A stretch of DNA of 64,000 nt, from the NCBI GenBank assembly GCA_046563655.1, contig CM102287.1, positions 9,362,001 through 9,426,000 on the forward strand. The letters are read 5' to 3'. Under the pieces are notes generated by a model. It ran no database searches. It worked only from the letters and a program-made list of their open reading frames with translations, and had not been told where the DNA came from. Positions 27,001 to 42,000 of the stretch are shown here, in pieces. Source of the stretch: Yuukianura sp. NJ FZ-2021 (taxonomy: Eukaryota). A program made the position numbers and the translations under genes. Position 1 is the stretch's first letter. Every line of letters starts with the position of its first letter.

Positions 27001-30000
27001 TTTCGCTTTCTCCCTTTCTGTTAAAAACAAGTTGAGTAAGAGACTCAGAGTTCGCTTTTTAGGCATGAGAGGAGGAAGTAGTAAAATTAAGATTTTGAGC
27101 CGCTTTGTCTTTTCCTGTCATTTTGAAACTGAAATGGAACTTTATTTAGAACAAGAGGAGATTCATTTCCCCATTTCTGTTAGTTCTAAAAGTGACATTC
27201 AAATCTGAGAGTGGAATTCTGGTAGGCTGGAAGCAGGGGAATTATAATTCCTGTTCGCCTGTCTCCATTCGGGAGTGTCATAAATAAGACATGGAAAAGC
27301 GAGGGAGTCTATTGCATTATGAGAACTACGAAATGGATACGCTCAAAGTGCGGGGAACTGGAGCTAGGGCTAGAGCGAAAGGCAATTTGCAAAAGAAGGA
27401 AAAAGACAGGTTTCGTAATGAGATCCGACACTTTTTTGGCACCGCCGCATGCATGCACTTAAAATATTGTCAAAGGACTTTTAGTTTCCATTTTGGAAGG
27501 AAAAAAGAGGACAACTCGCATGTTTTTAGCCGTTTTACAACTCATCTGTCATGGAGCTTCATTCGACTAGGACTTTTTGTGCTTTTGGAAAAGCTCTTTT
27601 TGCGGACGAGAAGGCAAACTTTTATGGCAACGCTTTTAGTATGGGCAGAGGAAAAGGCAGAAAAGTTGCTTTTTCGAGTAGTCTAACTTTAACTTGATTA
27701 ATTTCCAAAATAATTGGAGGAGAAAAGTGGCTTTCTTTCAAAAATAGAAAATGGGAGAAATCCTTCCTCTTTTTGAATCAAAACAAAAATTCCAATTTGC
27801 CTAAAAAGCTGAAAGTTGAAAGCACTCACACAGTGAAAGTTTTAGCGCAACGAATTCTTTTAGTGGGAAAATACACGAGGTTGTTGCATCTTCGTTGAAT
27901 CTAAAAAAAAAGTAGGATAAACTGAAGCATTGTTCTATGGCATATTTTTTGTCTGGCGTTGTTGTTTCGGCTTACTTTTCACTTTTACTTTTTCGATTTT
28001 TCATGAATTAGTTTTTGTTTTCGGATCTTTGTGCAGAAATAGTTTGTGATTTTGTGCATAGTACTTGTTTTTTTCTGCTTTTTATGTGTTACTTTTAGTC
28101 TTCTGGAGACGCATGTCTTCAACATGCTGATGAAGACTATTGATACGACTTTGTCCGTCTGTCTGTTTGTCAGTGAGAATTTTTTTCTGCCATTTTTGTT
28201 TTTTTATTTCCGTTCGTTTTCCTTGTGTATGTGTGTTAGTTTTTATTTTTTTTTCTCTTGCCTTACTTTTTCGTACTTTTTGTATTACCGTACAGGTTTG
28301 TGTATTTCTGCGAGACTTTTTTATGTTTACCTAGTTTTCCTTATTTGCTTTTGTAATTAAGTCCTGCTTTCTCTGTTTTGGTCATAGAGGGAAGTTGGAG
28401 AAAGTTCTTTTTTTCTTGGAATTAAGTCGGTCCATGTCCTGACTTTATTGTTTGTGATTTTGGTGGATTTTGGGGAGTAAGCTGGAGGATGGAGCAAGGA
28501 GCTTCCAGAATCCAGAATGTATCGGCAGTTTGTGGAGAAAGTTGGGAGTTGAGGAGAGGATAAGGCTCTAATGAATTTTGGCCACATCCGAGAAGAGATT
28601 AAGGTTCAATTCTCCTTCCTTTTTTCTTCACAACAACTTCCCATCGAAGTCAGTTTATGTTTTGGATTGGGTTTTTGGAATTATTGGGCATGAGGGATTT
28701 TGCAGGAGAGCCATTTTTCCTTGCTTTTTTCACGGCAGAAGAAAGTGCTAACTCATTGGTATGACACATGGCTGCTACGAACGTTCCAGAAAACTCCCGT
28801 TTTTCCTCTTGACTAACTTCTTAACTTTGTCTATTAGAAACCCAAAAGGAAAATGAAGAGAGACGCAGCAGAAGAAAGTTTTCGTGGGGAGTGGGGCGTA
28901 GAAAGTAATCAAGGATTTCCACCTCAAAGTGAAACTAACCACGGCCATACCTAAGTTACACCTCAGTCACGTTGGAAACACGGGCTTAGTTTTCTTCATT
29001 TCCTCACAAATTCCTTAAAAGTAGCATGTATTTTCACCCCCGTCATCACCTTACTCACTTTCACATTTTTTAGGCAGTGGTTTTTCAGAAGTTTCAAATT
29101 TTTTGATGAAGGTTTCTCCTCTTTCTACATTTCGTCGCGGTTTGCTCCATTTTGACTTATTTCGCTGCGGTTTTCTTCACTTTCGAGCTTTGACTGTATG
29201 TTTTTTGGAGCGCTTTTTTTGCTTTCACTTTTGAACTTCCTTTGGGTTTCAGTTTACAGCCACTTCCGCTGCTCTTTTTTTTAGTAATGTGAGTCTAACT
29301 TTCAAAGTTTGGGGTTTTGTTAGAAGCAGATTTGAAAAAAAATGTTATGCTAAAGTTTTAGTTTTAGTTGTTCTGAATTTTCGAAGATGCGGTCGGTAAT
29401 GTGTACTGGAATGCCAGAAGAATTTAGAATGCGAGAGTTGAAATTTTGAAATGGAGTTGTTATGAAAAAAAAATCCTCGTTTTTTTCTTTTGTATTTTAT
29501 GACAGGTGATTCTGTCACGTTTCAACTTTTGGATTGGAACAGCTTTCTCCTCGTTTTTAATCAAAAACGGATAAAAGATGTTCTTTTGAAATTCAATAGT
29601 GAAAGTAAGGATGGTAAAATATTGCGCATATTTTGAATAAACTGGTCGAACCTTATAGGTTTTTGGTTCTGTTCTTGTCGAATGTGAATTCGTGAGTGAC
29701 CTAAATCCGTACTTCTAAGAGAATTGAAAGAACCGATATTGGGTTTGGCTTTGTTTCTGTTTTCGATGTATAAGATATTTACAAAAATAGGATTGCAATT
29801 TTTTTGTCTGTCTTTTTTGAGAAAAGTATTACCTTTCGAAATGGTTTCTTAAGGCTACCGCACAACGGAGAAAGTAAGCCAGGCATGCTGTCATTCCTGT
29901 CAGTTCCAGCTCCTTTCTGTTCCATTTTTTTTTGAAAATAAGAAATCGTTTTTCGTTTTTTATGTATACGGATTTTTTTTTGTCCCAAAAGGAGTATACA

Positions 30001-33000
30001 GGGATAATCATAAGGGAAAAATATGATGTTCAAGTGAGATAGTAAATGACGGACATTTCAAAAAAACGAAAAATTCTTACATTTCGAAAAAGGAAGAAGA
30101 TTCTTACACGCCTCTTTTCCATCAATCGTCTTTCTCTTCTCCCGCGTCTCTACTTTCTTCTGGATCGTTTGTTTCCTTAACATCGGACTATCATAAAGCC
30201 TCTTACTTTTATTTTCTACAGAGTACAATTTGAATGGAATCATTCATCTTTTTTATTTTTTCAAAAAAACTTCTTCCCTTCTTGCCTAAGCTTATGGCTT
30301 TTGCTCCTGCTATTTGTTAGGCAAAAGATCAAAAGGAATTTGAGCGAGAGCGAACCAAACATGATTGCATCCCTCGTCTTCTGTCCGTATCGCTTCAGAA
30401 TTTTGAAAAGACCCGGGTGATTTTGAAAGAATTTTTGTCATTTTGGAAACGGGCGGGCGGTGGGCTCAATTTTGAATTTTCTTTTTTTGAACTAACCCTC
30501 CTCCCTAGGCTGATTTTTTTGGCGAAATGTTTATCTGCAAGGAGAAAGTTGGTGAAAGGAGAAAGTTTGCGGAGCATGTGGGGGGTCAATCAAGATCCAC
30601 AACAAAGTTGTGTACTTTTCCTGCTTCGTTGCTGTTTTTTTTCGTTTTTGGAAAAAAGAAAGGAAAAGTAGTGGTGAAAGTCGTATAATTTTGAACAAAA
30701 AAGTCTAGGAGGAAAAGTTGAACAAAACAAGGATTATTTGGACAGAGGACAATTGGGAGACCAAATGAAATGTTTTCAAATCCGGTTCCTTTTCGTTTTT
30801 CAACAAAAAAGTTTAGAATTCTTCTTGGTCAAGAATTTTGAAGAAAAGAAAAGGAAACAGCAAAGCAGCAAACATAAGATTTTGTAACAAGTTTTTTTTT
30901 CTTTTTACAATTTCAAAATTGTGGTTGATTTTTGTGGAAAAAGTTGAGTTTTGCTAGTACTGGTAAAAGGAATTTTGAATTTTCTTTTGAATCTTCATTG
31001 GGAAGGGAAATGAGGTAAAGTTTACGAAAAAAAAGTTTCGAAAGAAAAAACGTCATGCTGGGTTTTGTTCATTTTCGTTTTTTGCAAGATTTGACTAAGT
31101 TTTTAACTTGAATCCTTTTTCTTTTTGAAAATCGACAAAATTTTCTTAAAAGACCGGGGAAAACTAAAATTCGGGAAGTTGGAAAAGTTGATACGTTTGG
31201 CACTTTTTGCTTTTGCCTAACAAAATTTGAAATGACGAGATCTGAAAGTAGATGAGCTGACTCTGCAAAAAGTAGAAAAGAATTCGTCCTTTTTTTCGAA
31301 AAAGAGAAAAACTGCGGGCTATATGCCAGAAAATGCTGTGTGTAGTTTTTAATATTGACGACGCTTTAGTTCAATTTTGGATGCTTTGGCCTCCGGTGGT
31401 GTTTGTATTTTTTGAAAAGCAAAATTTCAATTTTGAGGACGAAAAATGCATTGAGGCTAAACTGAAATTTGAAATTTTGGGAAGGAAGAGGAAGGAGGTT
31501 GAAATTTAGCAAAAGGTTCACATCCGATTGAATTCGAAAGAAAAAGTACGAAGTGAATTTTTTTTTGTAAAGCCGAATTGCTCCGAAATGTGGCACAAGC
31601 CAACTGCAATGGATTTGAAATTACAATTCAGAAAGCATCTTTACGTTTCTCTTGCCGCCATTTTTTGAACAACATTTGAACATTTCCTTCCGCTATTGAA
31701 TTGATTTCCTTTGTTCATCTTTTTTTTTCTTTTTTCAAAAATCTGCTTTCCCTCTCTCTTTTTTCAAAAAATCTGCTTTCCCTCTCTTTTTTTGTGTTTT
31801 CTCCGTTGATGCACACATGTCACTTCCAAAAGAGGTTCCATTTCCTTTTTTCATGTACACGAAAGAAGCAACAAGGAAATGGACTGCCAGAAGGAGTCAA
31901 ATTTTTTGAAAAACGAAAAAAAAAGCGTTTCTAGGAAACGCTGGATGCTGTTGAGATGGTATGGGAAATTGGAAATCTGGATTTTAATCCACTTTTGACA
32001 AAAAACGAGATTTGATTTTTCAGTTTTGCTCCAGCACCAACGAAATTGATTTGTTTTGATTTGCACACTGAAGAAACTCGGGTTTTTTGCTTGAAGCAGT
32101 TTTTGATTCCGGAAAATAATGTTTTGATGTCATCAAAAATTTAATCTATGAAGGAAATGGACAAGTTGGAGACAAGAAACTGTAAACTTTTAGTTTTCAA
32201 TTGAAAAGAGCCTGAGGCTGTTCTGACGACAGTTTATTGTCAACGTGAAAGTGGAGAAAGTTGGAGCGATGTTGCGAAATGAGAATAGAGAATGTGAAAC
32301 TGAAAACGGCGAACACAATAGTTACAAAAACGACAAAAAAATCGCTTTTGCAAAAAAAAAAATCTCAAAATTACTTTGCTTTTTACTTAGAGACATAATT
32401 TCACTTTCACTGTTGAAAAGTTTAACAGGAAGGAGGAAAAAAAAGTGGTAAAAGTGAAGACGTGAAAATCAAAAAATGTAAAAACTGGAACAAAATAGCA
32501 AAAATTGTGCAAAAAAGAAAACAAGCTGAACGCTGCAAAACTGGGTTAATTGTTTTTAACGCCCCGCTTTACTGTTGTTGCTTTTGTCGTAGTAGAAAAG
32601 TGCTGATTTATTCAAACGTTGTTTTGTACGCGTCTTAACCGCGAATTTTTGAATCCCTTTCTTTTTTTTCTCCAAAAATGGCAGGAAACTTAAAATATTG
32701 GCGCCAAAGTGTCGTTTTGCGTTATTTTGGAGAAAGGGAGTTGCATGGGTTTAAATTTAGAAGCGGGGTGTGCTGGGGTGTGGGTGGGTTTAGGGCATGT
32801 AGCATTGTACTTGTGTTGTGGTTGAATGAAAGTGGCACTTTCTCTATTTTTCCGTCCATTGATCACTGGGAATGAATCAAAGGGCGGAGGAAGGGAGCCA
32901 TATCTTATTCTTTTGTATTGTAGAAGGGGTGGGGGACTATTATAATTCATAACACAAGAAAACAGGAGGGGGGACTTAAGGGGTGGGGGGCAAATGGTTT

Positions 33001-36000
33001 GGGTTTATGCGGAAGAAAGTTGGTTGAATTGCTTTCTTTTTCCATTGTAATGTGTGTTGAGAGATCCCTTTATGGGCACATTCATTTCTCTACTCCAGTT
33101 CTTGTCCAGACGACTTCTGCTTATGTTCTTCGATTCCACCTAGCCTAACTTTCTCCTTCTAAAAAATCCCATTTCTGTTAGGAATTCTAGAAACTCCTGG
33201 TCTAGATTTCTCCTGAAAAGGCTGTTCCAGTTTTATATTTTAGATTTTTTGACTTTTAGAATTGTTTGAATGGTGGAAGTGGCCTTTTGAGAAGTTCTGG
33301 TGGGAGAAAGTGTGTCACGAGTGACTGTTGGAGAATCAGGTGTACTCGGCTGTGTCAGACATCTTCAAAATTAATGACCCTGACTCTGGCAAAAGGGCTA
33401 GAACGTGCCTTTTCCTAAATGTTAGACCTCTGCTTTTGCCGGGTAACAGTGAAAGTCCCGGGTAGAAATTAAATTTAAAGTTCCCCGCTACTCGTTGTCC
33501 TCTTGGACTCAATTTGAGAAAGGCGGGACAGGACGAGAGTTGGAGAACCTCAGTTAACCTAACCAGCCGAAAGCAATGGTGCTTATAATGACTCGAGGGC
33601 TTAACCTTTGGACCAAAGGCAGACAGAGAAAGTTGCTTAAATAATTGCCTCCGTTGTGCTCCTCTTATCTCAACATGCATGGATCAGTGACTGGACACTG
33701 CTGGACGGCAATTTTAGACTGATTTTGGACGTACACAATCGACAGGGCAGAAATGAACAGACATTCTGATAGTTTTTTTTAGTAAGATAAGATTTTGACG
33801 GAAACTTGATAAGTCCGTCCATATTTGCTCGTCCATTACATTCCGTCCATACTTGCTCGTCCATTGCATTCCGTCCATACTTGCTCGTCCACAGGGTTCC
33901 CTCCATATCCCATATCATTCCGTCCGTAACAGTTGTGGAATGACGGAGTGTAGAGAAAGGCGAGCGAGCGATAAGCTCCTCTGCTTTCTCCATCTTTTTG
34001 TAGGTTCCGGAGCAGCAGCATTTTGTCCGGAAGTGAATATAATTTAATGAGGACTAAATAGGAAAGCAGGCTTCCGTTTCATAACCTGAGTTACAGGCAA
34101 AAAGGAATGTGGAGGTAAAAAATTTCAGGAATTTTGAAATTTTGAAAAGTAAAAAAAGCGGGAGAAAAGGAACGTGAAGAGCATGAAGGAATGCACAGAG
34201 GAGAAAGTGGATTATTATCTACACAAAAGAGGAGGAAGATGATTATTTGAGCTTTTCACATTTCATGCTCTTTTTTTTTTCATAAGAATTCAAAATGAAA
34301 TTTTCAAAAGATCATGAATAATGGACAATTTGCTGTAATTTTACTAATCCAAAAATAGGGTTAAAATTGCTCCAATTTAGTCCAAAATTTAACAAACTGA
34401 TTTTTTTTTTGAAATTTCAGAGCTTCTGTCCGACTTGACAAGAATAGCAGCTTGGCTTTGCTCGAAATTGACCCACTTATGCCTGCTGATGAAGATTTTT
34501 ACAAATGCGAGGTCACTTACCTCGAAGCCAAAGAGCATTGCACTGTTCTTCAGTACATCCGACTAAACACTTTTGGTAAGTTTTAGCTTCAGTTATGCTA
34601 GTTTTCACATTAGGTTAGTTTTGAGTTAGTTTTTTCAAAATTGCACTTCCTAAAAATTTCGGAACAATTGAGTTAATGTAAAACTTTTGTCCTAAAAGAT
34701 CAATCAATCAACGTCTCCTTTCCAAATGTCTGAAATTAATCGTATTTAAGAACTATGTTCCTCTACTTTTGGTCTTATTCGTAGAAGAGGTTTAGAAATG
34801 ATAATGAAACTAATTATTTCCTTAGCTTTTCTCCTAAAACTAAAAGTAAGAAAGAAAGTTTTGAAGTTGTGTTTGAGCAGAGGCACTTCCAGAAAAGAAA
34901 CTTAACAAATTCATATTAATTCTCTCCTTTCCCGCCCCTCCTCAACCCTAATGATTAACTTTCACTTTCACAAGAAACTTTTGGAACGCCAGGGATTCCT
35001 ATTCTTAATGAATCTTTTAACCATCCACTTCCCTACTTTCTCTGCATATGGCTCCGATTTGGGCGGGGACTTGAGCATTTAAATTTTGGCGCAATTAAAT
35101 TTTAGCACAACTTAGTCGTGGTTAAAACCATTGTGAAAAGGAGCACAAGAAAATTACGGAGGAGTAATGACAGTAATTTCATTACACAATTGGGACAGAG
35201 AGCGGTCCATTGTTTCAAAAAACAAAAGAAAGTTTGGGGACAATTTAATTTAAAGTTAATTTGCATTTTGGGACAATGCCTTTTTGAAACGCGTGAATTT
35301 GAAGCTAGCCTAATGTTAACCTAACTAAATTCAATCAAGTTGGTCGTACTTACAACATAAAGCTAATTAAATTCTTGTATCTTAATGTAGTTTTCATCAC
35401 TTTTGCAGTTTTTTAATTTTTTTTGAAGTTTTCTCAAATAATGGGGAGAAAAAGCATGGAATTGAAATTTGTAAATTTTCTGTCTCATGCTGAAACCGCC
35501 TTTTTAGAAAATTGAGCAATTAATCTCTTTTTTGAAAATGGAGTTTTTTAAAAGTAAGGTGTGAACCTTAAAGGGCTGTAATTTAGGAGTCGTTTTTATT
35601 GTTAGTGAAAAGTACGTAAGTGGTATGCGTGACGGTACGTGTAACATAGCATAGTGTGAGTTATGTAAATAGTCCTTGTTACATTTTGGATTTTTGTGGT
35701 AACACGGGAAAGTGCTTTCACTTTCTTCCGTGTTTCTCCCTTGTAAATCTGGGTACGGAGACAGGTGAGTGCAAATTTCTGACTCTCACGCTCCCTTCCC
35801 ATCAATTTCAAAGTTTCCCGCCCACTGTTAACCCAAAACCTAACCGCAAGTGACCTCAAGTTTTTAGCGTTTCGAAGTTTCGAAAAACCATTTTCGAAAA
35901 AAAAGCGGTGAAAGGTTGTGTTTCCTGTTCATGTTTACAATTTTTTTAAACTCGCATCACAAACGAAGGCTTTGACAACAACATGACTAGCCTAACATTA

Positions 36001-39000
36001 GATTCCAGCGTTGATTGTGCTAAACTTTTAAAAAAAGTATAAAAATTTCAAAAATTTTTTTTGTGGGATTAGGTTAGAATTTGAGAGTAGAAAGTTTGAG
36101 TTCCGGTGAAAGCGACATTTCCTTTTTACCTGTCAATGGATGCGGGTAAAAAACAAGAAAGAGCGGTAGGATTTGAAGGAATTCGTAATTCACTTCCGCA
36201 CTGGAGGATTTGAGGTATGTGTTTCTGTGGAATGTGAGGCCATTACCACCTTGGAGCAAGAGGAAGAGAGATCATGGGGAAGTGAAAGTGGCGGCGGTGA
36301 AAGTTTTCCATTTTTAAAACTAAGCCTTCCCGCCTTTTTTCGGCGGGAGTTTTAGGGAACAGGGCATTTGGGAATGAATAATTCATTTTTGTGTAGGAGG
36401 AGAAAGTGAAACCAGAGCTTCCTCTGCACTTTCACTTTGGAGTCACCCAATTACGAGAGGAAACGAGGTCTAATGGCTTCAGTTATGGATGGAGAAAGTG
36501 TGCAAAAAAAATGGCGGGAAAATAATAATAAAATTTATTTTTTGATTTTTTGTTGTTGTAGCTGTGCCGGAATTTGTAAGAATTGAGAGTTTGAGCGGAA
36601 CTGAAACTGTGAATGCGTCGTTGATTGGCCCCTTCAATGAAGGGACGCTCATTACACTTGTTTGTAACTCCAAAGGCGGCAAACCAATTCCAAATTTAAA
36701 TTGGTTCAACAATAGTATACCAATTGATGGTAAGACTCAAAATTTTGAATTTTCTTTGTCGAACTTTCACTCCGTTTTAAAAAAGGAAATGCGCTAAGCA
36801 GACAAATTCTACATTTTTTTAAAGTTTTTCCGAATTTTCGAGGGATGAATTTTCTGATGATAGGGTTTTTGAAAAATCTTTTCAAAAAATCTGTTCTTTT
36901 CTTGAGAAAATTTCAAAATTTCAAAATTTGTTTACTCAAAGAAAAAAAAATTGTTTTTCTTTTTGCAGGTCAGGCTGGTCCAGGTACAACAGTGCTGGTA
37001 ATGAATCCCATTTGAACTTGTTTCTTACGCTTAATTACATAAAAATTCTGGATTTTTTGTCACCACTACTCTTTTTAATTTTTAAAATTTTGAAAATTTG
37101 AAAAAGTACTAGTGTGATGAAATCCAGAAGTTATTTTTTTAAAACTGAGAGTGAAGAATAAGTTCTAATGGGAATGAATGTAGACTCGTGACAATGTAAC
37201 GGAGCATGATGGAACGGGAACAGGAAGTTCCCAACTGCAAGTGAAGTTGACCCGTGGTGACCTCGGATCAAGATTTGAATGTCGAGCGACCACACCTATT
37301 CTGAAGAGACCCATAGTCACATGGGTTGAACTAGATGTTTATGGTAAGGCTCTTAACCAATTTAACTTAAAACACAAAACCCCAAAAGAGAGTGCGTGGT
37401 TGTGCATCGGAAGTGAAGCAGTAAAAGCCTTTTAATTAGTTTTGTGTCCAAATGAAGACGGAAATTAGATCAAGAACGACACAATTAGGCAAGTCCCGAG
37501 GGACATTTTCAAAATTCTAATGTTTTCGAATAAGCACCGACAATTTCAAAAGATCAAGAATGCTTTATTGTTCGTTGGGCTCAAATTTAGCTTACTTTGT
37601 ATCTCCTCTGTCAAGAATTTACGTTTCTGTCTTGAGAAGTTGAAGTGGGATGAAAAATTCAACAATTTGGGCGAATTCATATGTCGTTAGATGAATTAAA
37701 AAAAAAATATTTAAACATTCGTTGAGATTTTGAAGATTCCGTGTGTTGTGTTTCCACCTGCTTAAAAATTAACGACTGCGTTTTGAACATTTTCAGCTTT
37801 CGGTTTTCGAAATTTAAAATTTGGATTTGATTTTGATGCTAACTTTTTAATTTCTTTTTTTTATGAATTTTAATTTTAATTTTTTTTTTTTGAAACTTAA
37901 AGCCCCGTGATGAGTCTGTTATTGCCTTTTTCTTTGTTCAGATGTGCAAAAGGAAAGGCTTAATTTCCATTTCCTAAGTAAAGTCTAAAGCTTATGGCCT
38001 CAAAGTACGAAATGACTGTGGTGAAAAAGGAGGGAAGATTTGAAAATTTGAAAGGGAGGGAGAAAGCGGGAGGCGGAAGCCCGTGGAGTGAAAGTAGAAA
38101 TTGTCCCTGGAGATTGGTTCCGGTAATTTGCATGATTCTGAACACCAAGGGGAGAAAGCATGGAGTGATACGGCTCCTCTCCTTTTTGAAAAAAAGGAGA
38201 TGAATCTGGGAGAAAATAATTTTTCTTCTTTTGAAATTTGTTGAAAAAAGTGCAGAGCGTGTGATGTGAAAAGTGAAAGTGACTTTTCCTTTTGAAAAGT
38301 CCAAAGTCCTGTTACGTAAGGAAAGTGAAGGTGACTTTTCCTTTTTGCAGTGAAACCACTTACTGTTCGAGTGAGTGGGTACGAGGGAGCGGCCCTTGAG
38401 GGAACCATGGTAACGCTGCTCTGTCGAGTGGAGGGTGCTCGACCTGCTGCCAATATTACCTGGTACAATACCACTTCAGTCCTCAACCCACAACCCCTCT
38501 CCAAAGTACTTCCACACGTAAGGAAATATTAGTTTTTACTCTCTTGTTAGCCTAACAACATAACCATAACCTAATATTAGGTTTAACTACAACTAAAACA
38601 TAACTTGAAACTTCAAAGAGAAAGTTTGAGAGGGAGGTCACAGAGGGAAAACTTGGAAACGCGTGGGTCACTGGGTGAAAACTTTTTGAAAAATTGAACA
38701 AAAAGTCACAGTGTAAAATGCCAGAGGTCAAAGGTCAAATCGAAAAAAATTTGACGCGGAAACGCTACCGATTACGATTTTTCAAAACTTCCTTTTTTTC
38801 GAAGTTGTGGTTTCAATTTTTTTTAAAGAAAATTCTTTCACTTTTGCGGAAAAAGTGGACAACTCTGTACATTCAGTACAGTGGTTGATGGCTTGTGGGG
38901 AAGTTGCATTTTTCTTTTTCGAATTTTTTTTGACCCGCTCTGTACATTTTCCTTTTGTCTAATCAACTCTATTCAAGTGAAAGGTAGAAATTAAGTTTGT

Positions 39001-42000
39001 TGGACATGAACATTTGATGTTTCGTAGTAAAAACATGTTTTGTAGTTGGTTGACGTGCGTTTTAGTGGTCTGTTTGGACTCATTAGAGAAGTTACATGCT
39101 GGTTTCAGTTGTCGGATGGGCTAATGATGAGTGGGCATTAGAGTCCGAATGAAAGCGAAACGACCCTGGTTCACCGCCCATTACGTCCATTCTTTTTCAT
39201 TGTACTTGGACGTAACCTGCACATAAGAAGCCTAATGGTCATGTCCTGGACACGAGTCAATGAAAAGGAAGGTTCAAATGGACATAATGATTCAGCGGGA
39301 GACGAGAGGGAATAGTACATTATTATTACTTTCTCCAAAACCTAACTGCGGATGAGCCTAACTAACCTAAAACCAAAATCCTAACTTAATAGCCTACGTT
39401 TAGTAGTGGAAAATCGATGGTGAAAGGAGAAATTTTGTACTACATTGCAGTACGCCCGTGTCTCAAATCAAATACAAAGTAAATGAGAGTTTCCAGGACA
39501 AGAGAAATGGATCCATAACTTTTATTTTTATCAAAATAGAGTAGTACACAGCAGTACAACTGGAGAAAGTCAAACAGAAACTTGAAAAAGTACAGAGCGT
39601 TTCTCAAATGTAGATTTCTGGAATCTGAAGTAGCACTTGAAATGCTGGATTTGAAAATACGAAGTTAGTGTGAACCATGGTGTACATAATCAATATGGTG
39701 AAATGAGTTTTGACTTTCCCTGGTGAGTTTCAGTGGAATACTAACTAGAAACGGGGAAAGTTGAGTTCAAAAGTTAAGTCAATACTGGGAGTAACAAATA
39801 GATGAAAATGACTTCATTTCAAGTGACACGCGGGTGACACTTTGCAAATTACAACTGAAGTGGAAGTCGAAACACATTTGAATATCATAGGCTTCTCTCT
39901 CAAACATAACCTAACTAACGTAACTTTCAAAATTGAGCCTAATGTAAAACCTAACCAAATCTAGTCTCACTTCAAACTTCAAACGAATGAGAAAAACCGA
40001 GAAAATTTGAAAAATCAAATTAAAAATGTCGGATAACCCGCAGCACGTGTAATGATAAAGTGCGCGTTATAGCATAGTTTGTCGTTAGGCTAAGCAGAGT
40101 TAGGTTAATAACCTGAATTAACGTTAGGTTTTTTGAATTAGGTTATTAGGTCCTGTGATCCAGTAACCTTAAATGGGTTTGTGCTGACTATTTAAGTGAA
40201 GAAATGGAAGGAAACGAAGCCAGAAATCTGCGTGGAGGGAAATGGGCAGAAAGTTTATGAGGAGCATAATGGCTCCATTTTATTTCCTTAGGCTTGACTT
40301 GAGGAAATGCTTTGACTTGAGGAAATGGTTGGAAGTTGAGGAAATGCTGGGAGCCCTTATTATTCTGAGGGCACTTGGAAATGAAATGAAGATTCTGGAT
40401 AGGACCCATTTGAGTCTCATTTCATTGTTCTTTTGGTCTCTGGGTTACTGTTTGAGAGCAACATTATACTTGACACGGCAGCTCTCCCAGAAATCCAATT
40501 GAAAAATAATGGAATTTCGGTCTCAATTTACATAATTTTTCCAGCCTAAAGCAGGTCACTAAAAAGTGAAGAAAAAAAGAGGGAAAGGAGAAAGCACTTT
40601 TAAAGAAAAAAAAGGGTCTCTTTCGCTTTAAAAATTGATTTTTTAGTTTTTTTTTCTGTTAAGAAGTGGAGTATTTTGAAAAAGTAGAGCAGAGTTCAAG
40701 TGTTGAAGTTTTAGAGTTTCTTTTTGGAAGGAGTCAATTGGCGTATTTCCGGATCCATTTGGAGGGAAAGTTCGGAGGTTGTTGGCCGGGGGAAAGTAGT
40801 CCCTTGGGGCTTGTTTTGAAAGTGAGACTTTCCTACGGTATGTTACGTTGGTCCTTCACTGACGACTGACAGGTAGGAACAAAATATCACTTGGGATACG
40901 CTTACACTCCAGTGCTTATGACAACTTTAGTCTTCTGGAGCAATTTTAACCGTGACTAACATCAATTTCTAGTCAATACGGGTCAATTCCGGGAGAGGCA
41001 AGGTCAATTTTTGTGCAAAATGCTGGAAAATATTGAAAAACATTCAAAAACGGGCCAATTACTTTATTAAATGGAGAATAGAATCTATTCCAAATTCTAA
41101 AAATTTGTGAATTTTAGCAGAAACTCGCGACTTTTCGAAATACCGGGGTATTTTGAAAAATGCTGATAAGTACTACTAGCGAATTTTGAAAAACGCAGGA
41201 AACTAAAAGTATTTCACGACGTATTCTCCACGAGTTATAATGTTTTTGTTTTTGATGGCGTCAAGCACCAAAGAGAAAATTTTAAAATTCTTTTGAAAAG
41301 TTCTACTGGTTTTCCTAACAGGTTAGTATATACGCGACAATACAGAAAATAGTTTATGACAAAGTATGTGGGAAGTATTCTATTCTATTAAATTTAAAAT
41401 TTTGGAAAAGAATTTATAAACTTGCGTTTTTTTTTCTGAAATTCTGAAATTTAGGAACTACTTAACCACACTTATCCCAGAGGGATAGTTAGAATTTAGA
41501 AAGTGAAAATGAGGAAAAATTTAGTTTGAAAAGTAGTAGGAGAAAGTGAGATGGAGGATAAGAAAACTTTGTGTTTAGTAGAGACGATTAGGGTTTTGAA
41601 ACTTTTATTAGGTTATGCAAGTTCGGGATTAGGTTAGAGGGGGGGGGGGGGAGTCTTGTAATAGCATTAGGTAGGGGGGGGGTTAAGAAATGTTTTCTGA
41701 CCATGTTTTCTTTCAAATCGGGTTTTGTAGTTTAGTACACTTAAGGGCCTGGAGTTTAGCTGTTTTTCGTAACTCACATTTTATGTGTTTTTTGGTTCCT
41801 TTGGTTTTTGGTCCCAAGGGTACCCTCTGGTCAAATCAGAACTTTTATCCGAAGAATCCGAGGAAAAGTGAAATCCAATTAAGAGTAGACGCAGAAAGGA
41901 AGAAAGGTCAAAACCTTTCGGAAAAGCAATGAGCAGGATACTGACCTTTGGGAGAAAGTGACCTTTGACCTGGGGCTTTGTTACGTTGGTCTAATGAAGA

